Shown piece by piece: positions 9,729 to 20,147 of a DNA stretch of 64,000 nucleotides. Position 1 is the first letter of the stretch. The number at the start of each line of letters is the position of its first letter. This DNA is from Candidatus Jordarchaeales archaeon (GTDB lineage: Archaea; Asgardarchaeota; Jordiarchaeia; Jordiarchaeales; Freyrarchaeaceae). A program made the translations under genes and the position numbers. The stretch covers positions 3,442 to 67,441 of the forward strand of contig JAWCFL010000006.1 of the NCBI GenBank assembly GCA_038858525.1. Direction: 5' to 3'. A model generated the notes under the pieces. The model did not search any database. It saw nothing but the letters and a program-made list of their open reading frames with translations, and was not told where the DNA came from.

Positions 9729-11192
9729 TCAGAGACGGCCTTCTTCCTTCCTCTTTTTATGTTTGGCGTATTGAACCATTTTTGATAGGACGCTTGCCGC
9801 TGTTTCTATCGTGGGGTAGACAACTACTCCCTTCTCCGCCGCCTTAGCGACGACCTCCATGTCTGTGGTGGCGGTGACTGCGACCAAAGGCTTACCATAC
9901 TTGCTAATCAGCTTGACTATATATTCCATGCTCTCCTCATCAGCCTTAGCAATCCACTCTTTAACAATATTTTTACCTTCTTTACTATGAGTTTGTCCTC
10001 CGAATGCTCCTGCAAACGCTCCACTACCGACAATAAATCCTAAAGCAGCAACAATGTCGACGTTCAGGTCACCCGCTATTATATCCAAGCAGGATGGCTG
10101 TATGCTTCTATCAAAGACCCCCACAAGATCAACGGGGTTCCCCTTACTCCAGTATGGAGGAAGAAGCATGCTAAGCTTCCTTATGGTGTCATCGCTCAGG
10201 GAGACAACATCTAATCCTGCTTCTTCGAACACGTCTGAGGCGACGACCCCGTATCCTCCCCCCCAAGTCAGTATTCCAACTCTTTTCCCTTTAGGGAGCG
10301 GGAGGTTTACAAAGCTTTTTGCCAAGTCTAGCATTTCATTAACAGTTGTAGCTTGAATAATTCCAGTCTGCTTGAACACCGCCTTCACTATCTCGTTGGG
10401 AGAAATCATCGCTCCACTATGAGATTTGGCAGCTCTAACTCCGGCTTGGGTTCTCCCCGACTTGTAAGCTATGACAGGCTTCTTCTCGGAAACCTCCTCA
10501 GCAACCCTCATAAACTTCCTTCCACTTCTCACTCCCTCAAGATAAAGCAGGATAACCTTAACATTTGGGTCAGAGCCAAAGTAGGCAAGGTACTCGTAAC
10601 ATTCTATGTCCGCTTCGTTCCCGCTGCTCACAAACTTGTTGAATCCAACCCCGACCGTAGAGCCAAATCCTAAAAGATTCGTCCCGATGTTACCGCTTTG
10701 ACTTATCAGAGCCACCTCGCCTTTACGCGGTGAGACTGGCGGCATTAAAGCGCAAAGATTAACCGAAGCACTATAAACCCCCATAGTGTTCGGCCCAACT
10801 AGAAGTAAGCCGCCCTTCCTCGCCCTTCTCACACTCTCCTTTTCGAGTTCCTCACCCTCTTTTCCCGTCTCCCTGAAACCACCAGCTATTGCTATTACCG
10901 CCTTGACTCCTGCCTCGGCGCACTCCTCAATGTGCTGAGGAACAGCCTCCGCTGGTCTAGCTATCACAGCTAGGTCAACTTCATCGTTCACGCTCATGAC
11001 GTTAGGGTACGCTTTGATGCCGAGAATCTTCTCCTCACTTGGGTTCACAGGGTAAATTTTTCCTCTAAAACCATAAGAGACTATATTCGCGAGAATAATG
11101 CATCCCCACTTCGTGGGGTTATTCGAAGCACCTATAACAGCAACGGAACGCGGCTCAAAAACAGGCTTAAGATCTCTGCTTTCAGAGTCCAC
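9729..11192 (-). CDS. ADP-forming acetyl-CoA synthetase alpha-like protein with CoA-binding and succinyl-CoA-synthetase-like domains (paralog 1)
   Basis: It has an N-terminal CoA-binding Rossmann (VAVIGASNNPTKWG), internal GNIG and a phospho-His-loop-like GHAG region. 487 aa. No beta/ATP-grasp subunit is adjacent. Confidence 0.6.
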   Translation of the reverse strand: MDSESRDLKPVFEPRSVAVIGASNNPTKWGCIILANIVSYGFRGKIYPVNPSEEKILGIKAYPNVMSVNDEVDLAVIARPAEAVPQHIEECAEAGVKAVIAIAGGFRETGKEGEELEKESVRRARKGGLLLVGPNTMGVYSASVNLCALMPPVSPRKGEVALISQSGNIGTNLLGFGSTVGVGFNKFVSSGNEADIECYEYLAYFGSDPNVKVILLYLEGVRSGRKFMRVAEEVSEKKPVIAYKSGRTQAGVRAAKSHSGAMISPNEIVKAVFKQTGIIQATTVNEMLDLAKSFVNLPLPKGKRVGILTWGGGYGVVASDVFEEAGLDVVSLSDDTIRKLSMLLPPYWSKGNPVDLVGVFDRSIQPSCLDIIAGDLNVDIVAALGFIVGSGAFAGAFGGQTHSKEGKNIVKEWIAKADEESMEYIVKLISKYGKPLVAVTATTDMEVVAKAAEKGVVVYPTIETAASVLSKMVQYAKHKKRKEEGRL

Positions 11193-11373
11193 AAAACCAC
11201 CACCGGCTTTGAATAAACGAAAAAGGGCAATAACTAAAAAAGTTTCTTGTAAACCTTACTGCCGCCTCTCAAATCTCCTGCTATTAATGGAGTCGTGCTG
11301 TTTGTCAGGTTACAAGATTCATGATCTTTACCTTTAAATAGGTCTTCTTAACAAAGTTAACTTTGAACTAAAA

Positions 11374-11766
11374 ATGAGCTTTGGGATGCAAATGAGATTT
11401 CCATGCGAAATTGTAATCTGGTATCTTCTACCAGCCATAAGGTCTGCTCTTGCTAAGGAGCTTGCAGGCCTAGGACTCTCACAGAAGGAGATCTCAGAGA
11501 AGCTTGGGATCTCCGAAGCCGCCGTATCTCAGTACATGAAAGGTAAGCGAGGTGGAAAAATCGATTTCTCCACCGAACTCAACGAAATGGTGCGTGAAGC
11601 CGCAAGGCACATAGCGTCAAGCGTCTCCATTATAGACGTCTACCGAAAAACCTGTAATTTGTGCTTATCTCTTAGAAAAAAGGCTCTCATGTGCGACTTA
11701 CACAGGAAGATGGACAACGTTCCGGAAGACTGCAATCTCTGCCCCTGCCTATCAGAAGACCTGTAA
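11374..11766 (+). CDS. HTH transcriptional regulator with a C-terminal Cys cluster
   Basis: LSQKEISEKLGISEAAVSQYMKG is an HTH. The C-terminus CNLCLSLRKKALMCDLHRK...CNLCPC is Cys-rich. Confidence 0.4.
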   Translation: MSFGMQMRFPCEIVIWYLLPAIRSALAKELAGLGLSQKEISEKLGISEAAVSQYMKGKRGGKIDFSTELNEMVREAARHIASSVSIIDVYRKTCNLCLSLRKKALMCDLHRKMDNVPEDCNLCPCLSEDL

Positions 11767-11901
11767 AACTTCTTCCAGCAACTTAACGCGAGAAGATACT
11801 TTTTTCTTAGAAAGATGTTCTCTGTTTAGCGAGCCTACCTCACATTTCTGAGCGTTTTATGTAAACAAAACCTAAAATTTTTTATTCACTTTCTCTTCTC
11901 T

Positions 11902-12657
11902 ATGAGTGTATCTCCTCTGGGGGGTTCGTTGTTGAGAAGTGGCAAGAACAGTCCTCCTAACCTTCTCCTAAGATTAGGTGCAAACATATTTTTAGCCGGG
12001 GCACTATCCATACCTTTCTCTGTGTTATCCGCCATCCTAGCGTACTACTTTTTAGTTGAATTACTCCGGTTACCCTTAGCTGTGGTTATTGGTCTCGCCC
12101 CACTATACTACTTGGTTGCAAAGTGGTGTTTCAAACTCTTCTTCTTAGTTTTGGCTAGAGCCCAACTGAAGCCGGTTGAGGAGGGCCACTTTGAGGCTGA
12201 CTTCGGAAACAAGAACGTTAGAAACTGGCTGATAAACATTTCACTCGTAGACGCAGTCAAGTACTTCGTGGGAAACCCACCACTAGGACAAACATTTCTA
12301 AGACCACCCCTCTACAGGTTTCTCGGAGCAAAACTTGGTAAAGCCACCTCCCTAGACGACGTCACTGATCCATACCTTTTAGAGATGGAGGACGGCGCAG
12401 TCGCCGGCGGCCGCTCCTTCATAGTAACGCACATTTCAAGGAACGGCGGGCTTTACCTCAAAAAAGTGAAGATAGGCCGTAATGCACTTGTTGGGATATG
12501 CTCAACGATAATGCCTGGGGTCGAGATTGGTGAGGGAGCTGTGGTGGCGGCAAACTCCCTTATTCCGATGGATACAAAGATACCGCCGTACACCCTGTGG
12601 TCTGGTATTCCCGCAAAACAAGTTAAATCGTTGAAAGGTGAGGTAGAAGACCGATAG
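11902..12657 (+). CDS. Membrane-anchored hexapeptide-repeat (LbH) acyltransferase
   Basis: The N-terminal TM helices are followed by hexapeptide repeats (IGRNALVGICSTIMPGVEIGEGAVVAANSLI). Confidence 0.45.
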   Translation: MSVSPLGGSLLRSGKNSPPNLLLRLGANIFLAGALSIPFSVLSAILAYYFLVELLRLPLAVVIGLAPLYYLVAKWCFKLFFLVLARAQLKPVEEGHFEADFGNKNVRNWLINISLVDAVKYFVGNPPLGQTFLRPPLYRFLGAKLGKATSLDDVTDPYLLEMEDGAVAGGRSFIVTHISRNGGLYLKKVKIGRNALVGICSTIMPGVEIGEGAVVAANSLIPMDTKIPPYTLWSGIPAKQVKSLKGEVEDR

Positions 12658-12669
12658 GCGGGTGTATGA

Positions 12670-13353
12670 ATGAAGCCCTTGAAAGTTCTTGAAGGTGTTT
12701 TCCTAGTTGGAGGTGCGGGGATTTCCCACGAGGCTGACTGCTGCATCTATTTGGTCGATATAGATGGAAGCCTCGTGCTAATAGACTCTGGTGTTGGGGT
12801 TGACACTGAGAGAATAGTTGAAAACGTGAAAAAGGCCGGTTACAACCCTGAAGACTTAGAGTACCTTATAGGTACCCATAAGCACATAGACCATATAGGT
12901 GGAAACTGGTTTTTCAGGAACTCATTCGGCTGCAAGGTTGTGATGCATGAGCTGGACGCCGGTGCCGTGGAGTCGGGGGACCAGTTTACGACAGGAGCGC
13001 AACTTTATGGCGTGAAACTCCACCCTTGTGAAGTCGACATGAAAATTAGCCGGACAACAAGCTTAATCGTTGGGCAATTCAGCCTCAGTCTAATTCATAC
13101 TCCGGGGCACACACCGGGAAGCATAAGCGTCCTCCTAGAAAAAGAAGGCAAGCGTGTCCTTTTCGGCCAGGATATTCATGGCCCTATAGAGCCGTCATGG
13201 GGCTCCGACGTCGACCAATACTGTGATTCGATGAAGCTTCTACTCTCCCTCAACGCTGACATACTGTGCGAAGGACACTTTGGAATATACACTTCCCCTG
13301 AAAAAGTCAAGGCGTACATAGAAAGGTACATGAAGATCTATGGATGCAAATAA
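12670..13353 (+). CDS. MBL-fold metallo-hydrolase
   Basis: HKHIDHIGG motif (HxHxDH), a downstream TPGHTPG, and 227 aa. Confidence 0.65.
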   Translation: MKPLKVLEGVFLVGGAGISHEADCCIYLVDIDGSLVLIDSGVGVDTERIVENVKKAGYNPEDLEYLIGTHKHIDHIGGNWFFRNSFGCKVVMHELDAGAVESGDQFTTGAQLYGVKLHPCEVDMKISRTTSLIVGQFSLSLIHTPGHTPGSISVLLEKEGKRVLFGQDIHGPIEPSWGSDVDQYCDSMKLLLSLNADILCEGHFGIYTSPEKVKAYIERYMKIYGCK

Positions 13354-13882
13354 GTCTTTAGGCTTAAAGGCCCCTCACCATGCTGCCCAAATCACCTTTT
13401 CTCTTTTTCGTTGTCTCTCTGTTGCTTCGGTTTATTTTTACGCTACCCTGTTATTAAGCAGAGGTGTCGTCGCTATTATGCATATCGATAAACTTCTCTA
13501 ATAGGTAAACGCGTCCGGCAAAGTGGCACCCTATCTGGTTAAGAATTATTGCTTGTAACCACACTACTGAAGTCTTGCCGTCATTACGAGCCATAACCCC
13601 CGAAACACGTGATGTCGGACTGCGCACCGTAAGCCTCAGCTAAAACCTTTACCCCTCGAATTAGGCTCCTCCCGCAGTAGTTGAATTAATAGTTGAGTCT
13701 GCCTCCTTAAGATTCTCTAAATCGTCATTTGACTCGAACTTCAAAAGGTAGCATCTTAAAACTTAAACTCATTAGTACCTCTCAATTAATTTTCCCTGTT
13801 TTTAGGCAACAAAAGTTAATTGCAACATGAAAAATTTATTTTTCTTTTTGTCTTTTTATTACTGCGCTGGAGGAGGGTGTAA

Positions 13883-16174
13883 TTGCTGGTTGTTGGAAGC
13901 CATGCTTTCACGCGTCTCTCTTCCCTTTTGGGCATTCTCTTCTCCTTCTCTGCGGTTCTCGGCATGCGCTTTCAAGTCGAGTCGCTGACTCCCCTCGTCC
14001 TCTCGTCACTCATTTCACCTCTCTCCCTCCTACTCTTAGTTCTCTCCGTATTCTTTTTTTCGTTCCCTATAGTGGTCGATGGCCGAAACAACATTAACTA
14101 TATTATCCCTGCAGGAACACAAGTCCTCTTGTCTTACATGGTAACTTTGTCGGGATGCACTGTGCTTCTGAGAATTCAGAGTTTCTCCTTGACAGTTTGG
14201 GATGGATACACGAGACAGATTATGTTGATTCTGCCCGCATTCTTCTACTTCGTAAGCTGGCTTCGCTCCCTTAAAGGGTTCTCCTCTATAAAAGAATATC
14301 TTCCATTAGCAGTAGCGGCTTCCTCTCTCTTCTTCTTATCGCTCCATGAACAATCTCCAATATTAATTCCGGGCGCTGAATCATACCTTTTTGTTTTTCC
14401 AACAGGCACTACCTCCTCCACTATGGTTGCCTCCCTCCTAGTTTTCGCCTGCGGCCTAATAGGCATAACCCCCCCAACGAGAAGTTTAACGGGAAAAATC
14501 GCTACCGCTTTAACATTCGCCCCAACAATTTCTCTCTCAGTCTCCGAATCGTTGGCCGCCGAGAAAGCAGCCTCAATTTTAGGAGTTTACGACAACCTAA
14601 TCCACTCCGCTTTCCCTCTACACTTCAACTTTTTCATCTGCCTTTCGCTCACCGCGCTCCTAGGAGGAGTAGCCCTCTCTTCAAACAGAAGAACAAAGCA
14701 GTGCGCTCTCCTCTCCTGCACAGCCTTCGTACTCCTTTACCCAACATTATACCGGCTACTATCCCAACCTCTTAAACCCGTAGCAGTCGAGCCAGCCCCC
14801 CTCACGTGGCTCACCGTAATCTTAGCCGCCCTAATACTCCTCCACCCTACCCGACTACCCAAGGTTCTTCCAGCATTACTCCTTGTCCCCATTCTCCTCT
14901 CTTCCTTACCCATATACGCTTCAGCATCTCCATCCCCCTTAATTCCGTTAAACAACACGATAAGTGTAGATGACCGAATAGATCCAGCCATACTAGAAAT
15001 GGAAGGAACACCGGGGCCAATACATGTAATACTACGTTTTTCATCATTAACAGACGACACACTAGAAAAGCTGAACAAGACGCCCTACTTTGAAATATCC
15101 TATCATGAAAGCAAGCCTGCAGTCTACAGGGGATACGTCAACTTAGTCTACGGTGTACTTAACGCATCAACAGACAACTGGAAGGATCTAGTTAGAAAAC
15201 TGGTGAGCAACTTCAATTTAATATACGTCCTCCTTAATAGGAACCCGTCAGAAACACCGAGCTTCAACTCCGACCCCGCAGTCTATTCTGTTGACGCGGA
15301 TGTGCTTCACTCTTTAAACATAACTGGGAGAGGGGTGACGGTCGCAGTCATAGACTCAGGAATCAACGACGCAGACCCAGAAATAACAGGGAAAAACGAA
15401 GGACGCATAATATACCAGGTGAACTTCATAACAAGAATGGAAGGCGACCCGGCTTTAGTTGGCGACTTGACTCCAACAGACGGAAAGTACCATGGAACAT
15501 TTGTTGCGAGAACTATAGCTGGAGTTAGGGGGATAGCGCCCCACGCCAACCTCATAGACCTCAAAGTCCAGCTAGAAATGGGAGAAATGTACTACGATAC
15601 GAGCCTACGAATAATTGAAGCTATAGAGTGGTGCATCAAAAATAAAGACAGGTTCAATATATCTGTAATCAACCTAAGCATGGGTAACAGAGAAGGAACA
15701 GGTGGCACGATAGATAAAGCAGTAAACAAGGCAGTCTTAGCCGGAATAACTGTGGTCGCCGCAGCAGGAACATGGCTTAACCCAACTGAAATCCAAATTA
15801 ACTCTATATTTACACCCGGAACAGCATCCCTCGCCGTCACTGTTGGGGCAACGCAGAGTTACGATAATGATGTTTGGGCCTACTTGCCGGCAAGCGCCAT
15901 AGGGCCAGGATGGACGGCGCCCAAACCAGACCTGGTGGCACCAGGACCATACACTAGCGGCTCAGCGCCCATCGTCGCAGGAGTATCTGCCCTTTTGCAT
16001 CAAGCAGCCGCCGAACTCAACATACCTCAAAGCGTCAAAGGTCTTATAGTGAAACAAGCTTTAATACAAGGCGCAATCCGCCACGATCTTGGAACACCAG
16101 GGTTTGACCCCCTCTATGGACACGGTAAAGTTAACGCTCTTTCATCATACTTAACATTAAAGAATTTTTCATAG
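13883..16174 (+). CDS. Membrane-embedded subtilisin-like serine protease (S8): an N-terminal ~10-TM domain, an I9-like propeptide and an S8 catalytic domain (paralog A)
   Basis: The catalytic triad motifs are VAVIDSGIND (Asp), HGTFVA (His) and YTSGSAPIVAG (Ser). The first ~340 aa are strongly hydrophobic with about 10 predicted helices. Confidence 0.75.
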   Translation: MLVVGSHAFTRLSSLLGILFSFSAVLGMRFQVESLTPLVLSSLISPLSLLLLVLSVFFFSFPIVVDGRNNINYIIPAGTQVLLSYMVTLSGCTVLLRIQSFSLTVWDGYTRQIMLILPAFFYFVSWLRSLKGFSSIKEYLPLAVAASSLFFLSLHEQSPILIPGAESYLFVFPTGTTSSTMVASLLVFACGLIGITPPTRSLTGKIATALTFAPTISLSVSESLAAEKAASILGVYDNLIHSAFPLHFNFFICLSLTALLGGVALSSNRRTKQCALLSCTAFVLLYPTLYRLLSQPLKPVAVEPAPLTWLTVILAALILLHPTRLPKVLPALLLVPILLSSLPIYASASPSPLIPLNNTISVDDRIDPAILEMEGTPGPIHVILRFSSLTDDTLEKLNKTPYFEISYHESKPAVYRGYVNLVYGVLNASTDNWKDLVRKLVSNFNLIYVLLNRNPSETPSFNSDPAVYSVDADVLHSLNITGRGVTVAVIDSGINDADPEITGKNEGRIIYQVNFITRMEGDPALVGDLTPTDGKYHGTFVARTIAGVRGIAPHANLIDLKVQLEMGEMYYDTSLRIIEAIEWCIKNKDRFNISVINLSMGNREGTGGTIDKAVNKAVLAGITVVAAAGTWLNPTEIQINSIFTPGTASLAVTVGATQSYDNDVWAYLPASAIGPGWTAPKPDLVAPGPYTSGSAPIVAGVSALLHQAAAELNIPQSVKGLIVKQALIQGAIRHDLGTPGFDPLYGHGKVNALSSYLTLKNFS
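15284..15573 (+). repeat. 290-bp tract 100% identical to 17775..18064 (Asp-His region of the S8 domain). It is a gene-conversion-like tract between the tandem protease paralogs.
   Basis: Direct comparison of the sequence. The identical 85-aa antisense ORFs at 15307..15564 and 17798..18055 in the track confirm the identity. Confidence 0.9.
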
Positions 16175-16334
16175 ACCACTTATCTCCTTTTATTTAGGTT
16201 CCTCCCTTTGAAAGCTTAACTTTGCCTCAGTCAAATCCATTATAAGTTGAAAAGTTATCAATGAATATTAGTTAATCATCGGTAATCCGCTCCCCTCTAT
16301 ACTAGGATGGGGGGGAGTTGGGGGGGTCTGGAGC

Positions 16335-18668
16335 GTGTATCTGTTACTTATTAAAAGTAAGCTTAAAAGCGCTCTTCAAAATTCCGCATGCAGGATGTTT
16401 TTAATTCTTTCAGGCTGGTCTCTTGCCGTCTTTTCTATGTTGAGCGTAAGCGTTCGCGTTGAGTGTTTTGCCCCTCCAGTCTTAGTTCTATCTGCTTTGC
16501 CGTTTTCCCTCTTTTATCTTGTCGCCTCGGCAGTCTTACTATCTCTCCTTGTGGCTTTTGGAAATCGATCAAACTTGGATTATGTGCTGTGCTCAGGCAC
16601 GCAATTGGCTACATTGTACTTTGTGGCTTTTTTCGATGCTACGACGCTGATCCGCATAGGATCCTTGTCTCTCACCATATACGACGAACACACGCAGCAA
16701 TTACTCCTCGTTCTTCCTGCACTAATCTATTTTTCTTCTTGGCTTCGAGCTACAAGAAAATTTTCTAACCTAAAAGAATGTCTTCCTACTGCTTTATCAT
16801 CCCTCCTTCTCTTAGCTCTATACCTTTACAGTCCTCAATCCTTAACTTTAATCTGGTCCGACTTATGTCTAACTAAAATGCCTAGAATTACTCCTCCATC
16901 TGTCGCTACTGGGGCACTATTCGTCCTCGCTTCAACCTTCGTCGGCCTAAGACGTTATCAAAAAGCCTCAAAGGAGAAGCTGTCCGCCGTCTTGACTCTA
17001 ATGCCTGCGTTCCTCATAGCCCTATCCGGTTCGATTGCCGCTAAAACGACTGCATACATTATTGGCTATTACGACCACATTCTTCACTCCCTTTTTCCTC
17101 TACATTTCAACCTTTTTGTGTTTCTTTCATTCGTCTCATTCATGGGGGGCTTAGCTGTTCTTTCCACAAAAAGAGCAGAACTAGCAGCATCGATTTTTTG
17201 TATTCTCTTCGCCATTTCATATCCAGTCCTGCATAGAGTGATGACCAAGTTACTTATTCCGGTCTCTTTTGAGCCCGCCCCCCTTGTATGGCTCCCGGTG
17301 GCATTAATCTCCCTAATTCTCTTTCGCCCACATTCCTTCATTAAGAGCTCTTTTTTAGCAATAGCACTAGTCGCCTTAGTAGCCCAACCTCTAGTAACAA
17401 CTTATCCGTCAGAAATAGTGAATCCCTTTATGCTGTCTGCTAAGGAGGCTGAAGTCCGCGATAAAATAGACCCATCTATTATAAATATGGAGCAACCGCC
17501 AGAAGCACTGCCGGTAATACTACGCTTTCCTCACCCAGTAAATGAAGATGTGCTCTCTGAGCTGAATATGCTCCCATACTTCAAAATCTCAAGACACAAT
17601 GAAACACCTGCAATTTACAGTTCAAACGTCGGCTTCGTTTACGGAGTAATAAACACGTCGCTCTGTGACTGGCGGGAAGCTTCTAAATTCCTTGTAGAAA
17701 AATTCGGTCTCAAATACCTCCTCCTGGACAGAGGAATTGATCCGTCACAAATAATTAGCCTTCATCCAATAACTTATTCTGTTGACGCGGATGTGCTTCA
17801 CTCTTTAAACATAACTGGGAGAGGGGTGACGGTCGCAGTCATAGACTCAGGAATCAACGACGCAGACCCAGAAATAACAGGGAAAAACGAAGGACGCATA
17901 ATATACCAGGTGAACTTCATAACAAGAATGGAAGGCGACCCGGCTTTAGTTGGCGACTTGACTCCAACAGACGGAAAGTACCATGGAACATTTGTTGCGA
18001 GAACTATAGCTGGAGTTAGGGGGATAGCGCCCCACGCCAACCTCATAGACCTCAAAGTCCAGCTTGAGACGGGGGAAATGAGTTACGCAGACAGTTTGCG
18101 TGTAGCTGAAGCTATAGAGTGGTGCATAAGAAACAAGGATCGGTTCAATATCTCAGTGATAAACTTAAGTATGGGTAATAGAGAAGGGAGAGATGGAGGA
18201 CTTGTGTGTAAAGCAGTGGAACGAGCTAGCCTAGCAGGAATAATTTTCGTGGCGGCAGCCGGGTCGTATTCAAACCCATCTGAGAGCTATGCTAACCCCG
18301 TTTTTACACCCGGAGTAAGCAAACAAGCGATAGCTGTCGGATCAACGCAAAGCTATGACTGCGACCTTTGGGCCTGTTTCCCCGCAAGTGCTATAGGACC
18401 GGGATGGATCAAGCTTAAGCCGGATCTGGTGGCGCCGGGACCATACACTAGCGGGTCGACGCCTGTAGTTGCAGGCATAGCGGCCCTTCTATGCCAAGCC
18501 GCTGAAGAGCTAAACATACCTCAAAACACTAGACCTATCGCTGTAAAATATGCTTTGCTGCAAGGGGCCGTACAAAACGACTTAGGACTACCCGGGTTTG
18601 ACCCATTCTATGGTTATGGAAAAGCAAATGCTCTTTCATCATATCTAGCGCTAAAGACTCTTACATGA
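16335..18668 (+). CDS. Membrane-embedded subtilisin-like serine protease (S8), paralog B, in tandem with paralog A
   Basis: It has the same architecture and triad motifs as paralog A. The N-terminal membrane domain is divergent and the protease domain is highly similar to that of A. Confidence 0.75.
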   Translation: MYLLLIKSKLKSALQNSACRMFLILSGWSLAVFSMLSVSVRVECFAPPVLVLSALPFSLFYLVASAVLLSLLVAFGNRSNLDYVLCSGTQLATLYFVAFFDATTLIRIGSLSLTIYDEHTQQLLLVLPALIYFSSWLRATRKFSNLKECLPTALSSLLLLALYLYSPQSLTLIWSDLCLTKMPRITPPSVATGALFVLASTFVGLRRYQKASKEKLSAVLTLMPAFLIALSGSIAAKTTAYIIGYYDHILHSLFPLHFNLFVFLSFVSFMGGLAVLSTKRAELAASIFCILFAISYPVLHRVMTKLLIPVSFEPAPLVWLPVALISLILFRPHSFIKSSFLAIALVALVAQPLVTTYPSEIVNPFMLSAKEAEVRDKIDPSIINMEQPPEALPVILRFPHPVNEDVLSELNMLPYFKISRHNETPAIYSSNVGFVYGVINTSLCDWREASKFLVEKFGLKYLLLDRGIDPSQIISLHPITYSVDADVLHSLNITGRGVTVAVIDSGINDADPEITGKNEGRIIYQVNFITRMEGDPALVGDLTPTDGKYHGTFVARTIAGVRGIAPHANLIDLKVQLETGEMSYADSLRVAEAIEWCIRNKDRFNISVINLSMGNREGRDGGLVCKAVERASLAGIIFVAAAGSYSNPSESYANPVFTPGVSKQAIAVGSTQSYDCDLWACFPASAIGPGWIKLKPDLVAPGPYTSGSTPVVAGIAALLCQAAEELNIPQNTRPIAVKYALLQGAVQNDLGLPGFDPFYGYGKANALSSYLALKTLT
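17775..18064 (+). repeat. Second copy of the 290-bp identical tract (see 15284..15573)
   Basis: Direct comparison of the sequence. Confidence 0.9.
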
Positions 18669-18696
18669 CGCACTAATGGTATGTTTTCAGTGATGA

Positions 18697-19392
18697 TTGG
18701 TTAAAGGAGGAAGAATTTTGAGTTATATGAGCGTTATCTTTGGAGGGGGGCGATTTGGATGCGTTGCTGCGGAGTACTTGTTACGCCGTTCCGAGCCGTT
18801 CATAGTGGTTGATGAATATGAAGGTTGTCTCGCGGCAAAAAACCTTCCACTTAAGAAGATCAGCTCGGATGAAGTAGAGCCCATTGATCCCTCGAAAAAT
18901 TACTTCCTGAAAGGAAGCGTGAGGCTCGCTCTGAACTTGATTGAAAAACTTAAACCGAAACTTGTATTTCCTACAGCTCCCATACACGTGGCAGCATCAC
19001 TGGTGGCGGAAAAGTATGGCATGGTAGAATGGGAAGAAGCCATCGAACCTTTAGCGTTGCGTATTCCTTCATCTGTTGTGGTATCCGTGAGCAGAGCGAC
19101 AATAGTAACCTCCTATAACAAAGATGCCATCTGTCAGCCAGCATGTGTGGCACCAGAGGCCTGCCCGATTACAGGCATGAAGAAGCCTTATCCCATGCAT
19201 GAACTCCTAAGAGTAGCGGCTCCTAACGGGATAATACTCAGAAGCTACCAGCTGGAGCCAGGCTTAGGCGCCCTGGACGGCGGCGAGCTACTTGACGCTT
19301 TGAAAGCATGCGGGCGAAGCAACAGAGTAATCATTGGAACAGCATGCGAGTGTCATGGCGTGATCACCGCCCTCAAAAAGCCCGCCTTATAA
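18697..19392 (+). CDS. Rossmann-fold (GGGxxG) protein with Cys-rich segments, function unknown (possibly SirC/TrkA-N-like)
   Basis: VIFGGGRFGCVAAEYLLRR is a dinucleotide-binding motif. CQPACVAPEACP and GTACECHG are Cys clusters. Confidence 0.3.
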   Translation: MVKGGRILSYMSVIFGGGRFGCVAAEYLLRRSEPFIVVDEYEGCLAAKNLPLKKISSDEVEPIDPSKNYFLKGSVRLALNLIEKLKPKLVFPTAPIHVAASLVAEKYGMVEWEEAIEPLALRIPSSVVVSVSRATIVTSYNKDAICQPACVAPEACPITGMKKPYPMHELLRVAAPNGIILRSYQLEPGLGALDGGELLDALKACGRSNRVIIGTACECHGVITALKKPAL

Positions 19393-19514
19393 CCGACTTT
19401 TATCAATGAAATTTTCCTCCTAAGGTCTTTCTCAGCGTAGCCGGTTTTTGATAGGTAAATTAAAAAAGGACATTGTTCATCTGAATTAAAGTAGTTGCCT
19501 TTGGAGGGTTTTCC

Positions 19515-19751
19515 ATGGGATTTTTATCGCTAACCCTGCTCGCTATACCCATATTGATCCTTTTTGGATTATACAGGAAGTTCGGGAACCCGTTTAACCC
19601 TAAGAACGTGGATCGAAGAATAACCGCCTCCCTGATCCTCATAGCAATAGGCATAATACTGCTTGCAGTCTTCGGCCACCCTATAAACCAACCTGAGTGG
19701 CTCACCAACCTGCTAGAATCCTACAAGTTATTTAGCAGTCTCCAAATTTAA
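19515..19751 (+). CDS. Small two-TM membrane protein (hypothetical)
   Basis: 78 aa with two hydrophobic helices. GGAGGG lies 6-8 nt upstream of the ATG. Confidence 0.3.
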   Translation: MGFLSLTLLAIPILILFGLYRKFGNPFNPKNVDRRITASLILIAIGIILLAVFGHPINQPEWLTNLLESYKLFSSLQI

Positions 19752-20147
19752 TAATCAAGTAACACAGAAGCAACATCTCGTAAATAGACAACTACATCAA
19801 AATTCTTAGCGTTCTCCCCAAGAAACCCTGCCGCATCACTGATTTCCCTCTCCGTGCTCATAAAATTAGTATCCTCCTAAAAATCACTTTTAACAAAAGC
19901 TTGTCACAATAAAACTAAAACTACTTTGCTAAAGAAATTTCTTCTTCTATCATCAATTTTTTAATACTCGACAAGTTTCTACATGAATACACTCTTCTCT
20001 TAAGCGTGAGTGTTGCGTGTTTAACCTAATTTTTAGGATGCCTTCTCGGAGGTAAACTTAGTATTGCCGCTTTCCTTCTTAAAAACATGTATGAGAATTC
20101 TAATGACTCCTTTGCAAAGTGTCAGGTGTTTCTGAGGAGGTTTTGTC

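Noticed and set aside
13354-13882. Possible tRNA or C/D-box sRNA in the 529-bp intergenic region upstream of the protease pair. Other gaps were also considered: 2035..2666, 16175..16334 and 19752..20147.
   Set aside because: I could not fold any segment into a convincing cloverleaf with T-loop and acceptor-stem features. The C-box-like gtgatgt at about 13610 lacks a properly spaced D box. A covariance-model scan with tRNAscan-SE or Infernal would be needed.
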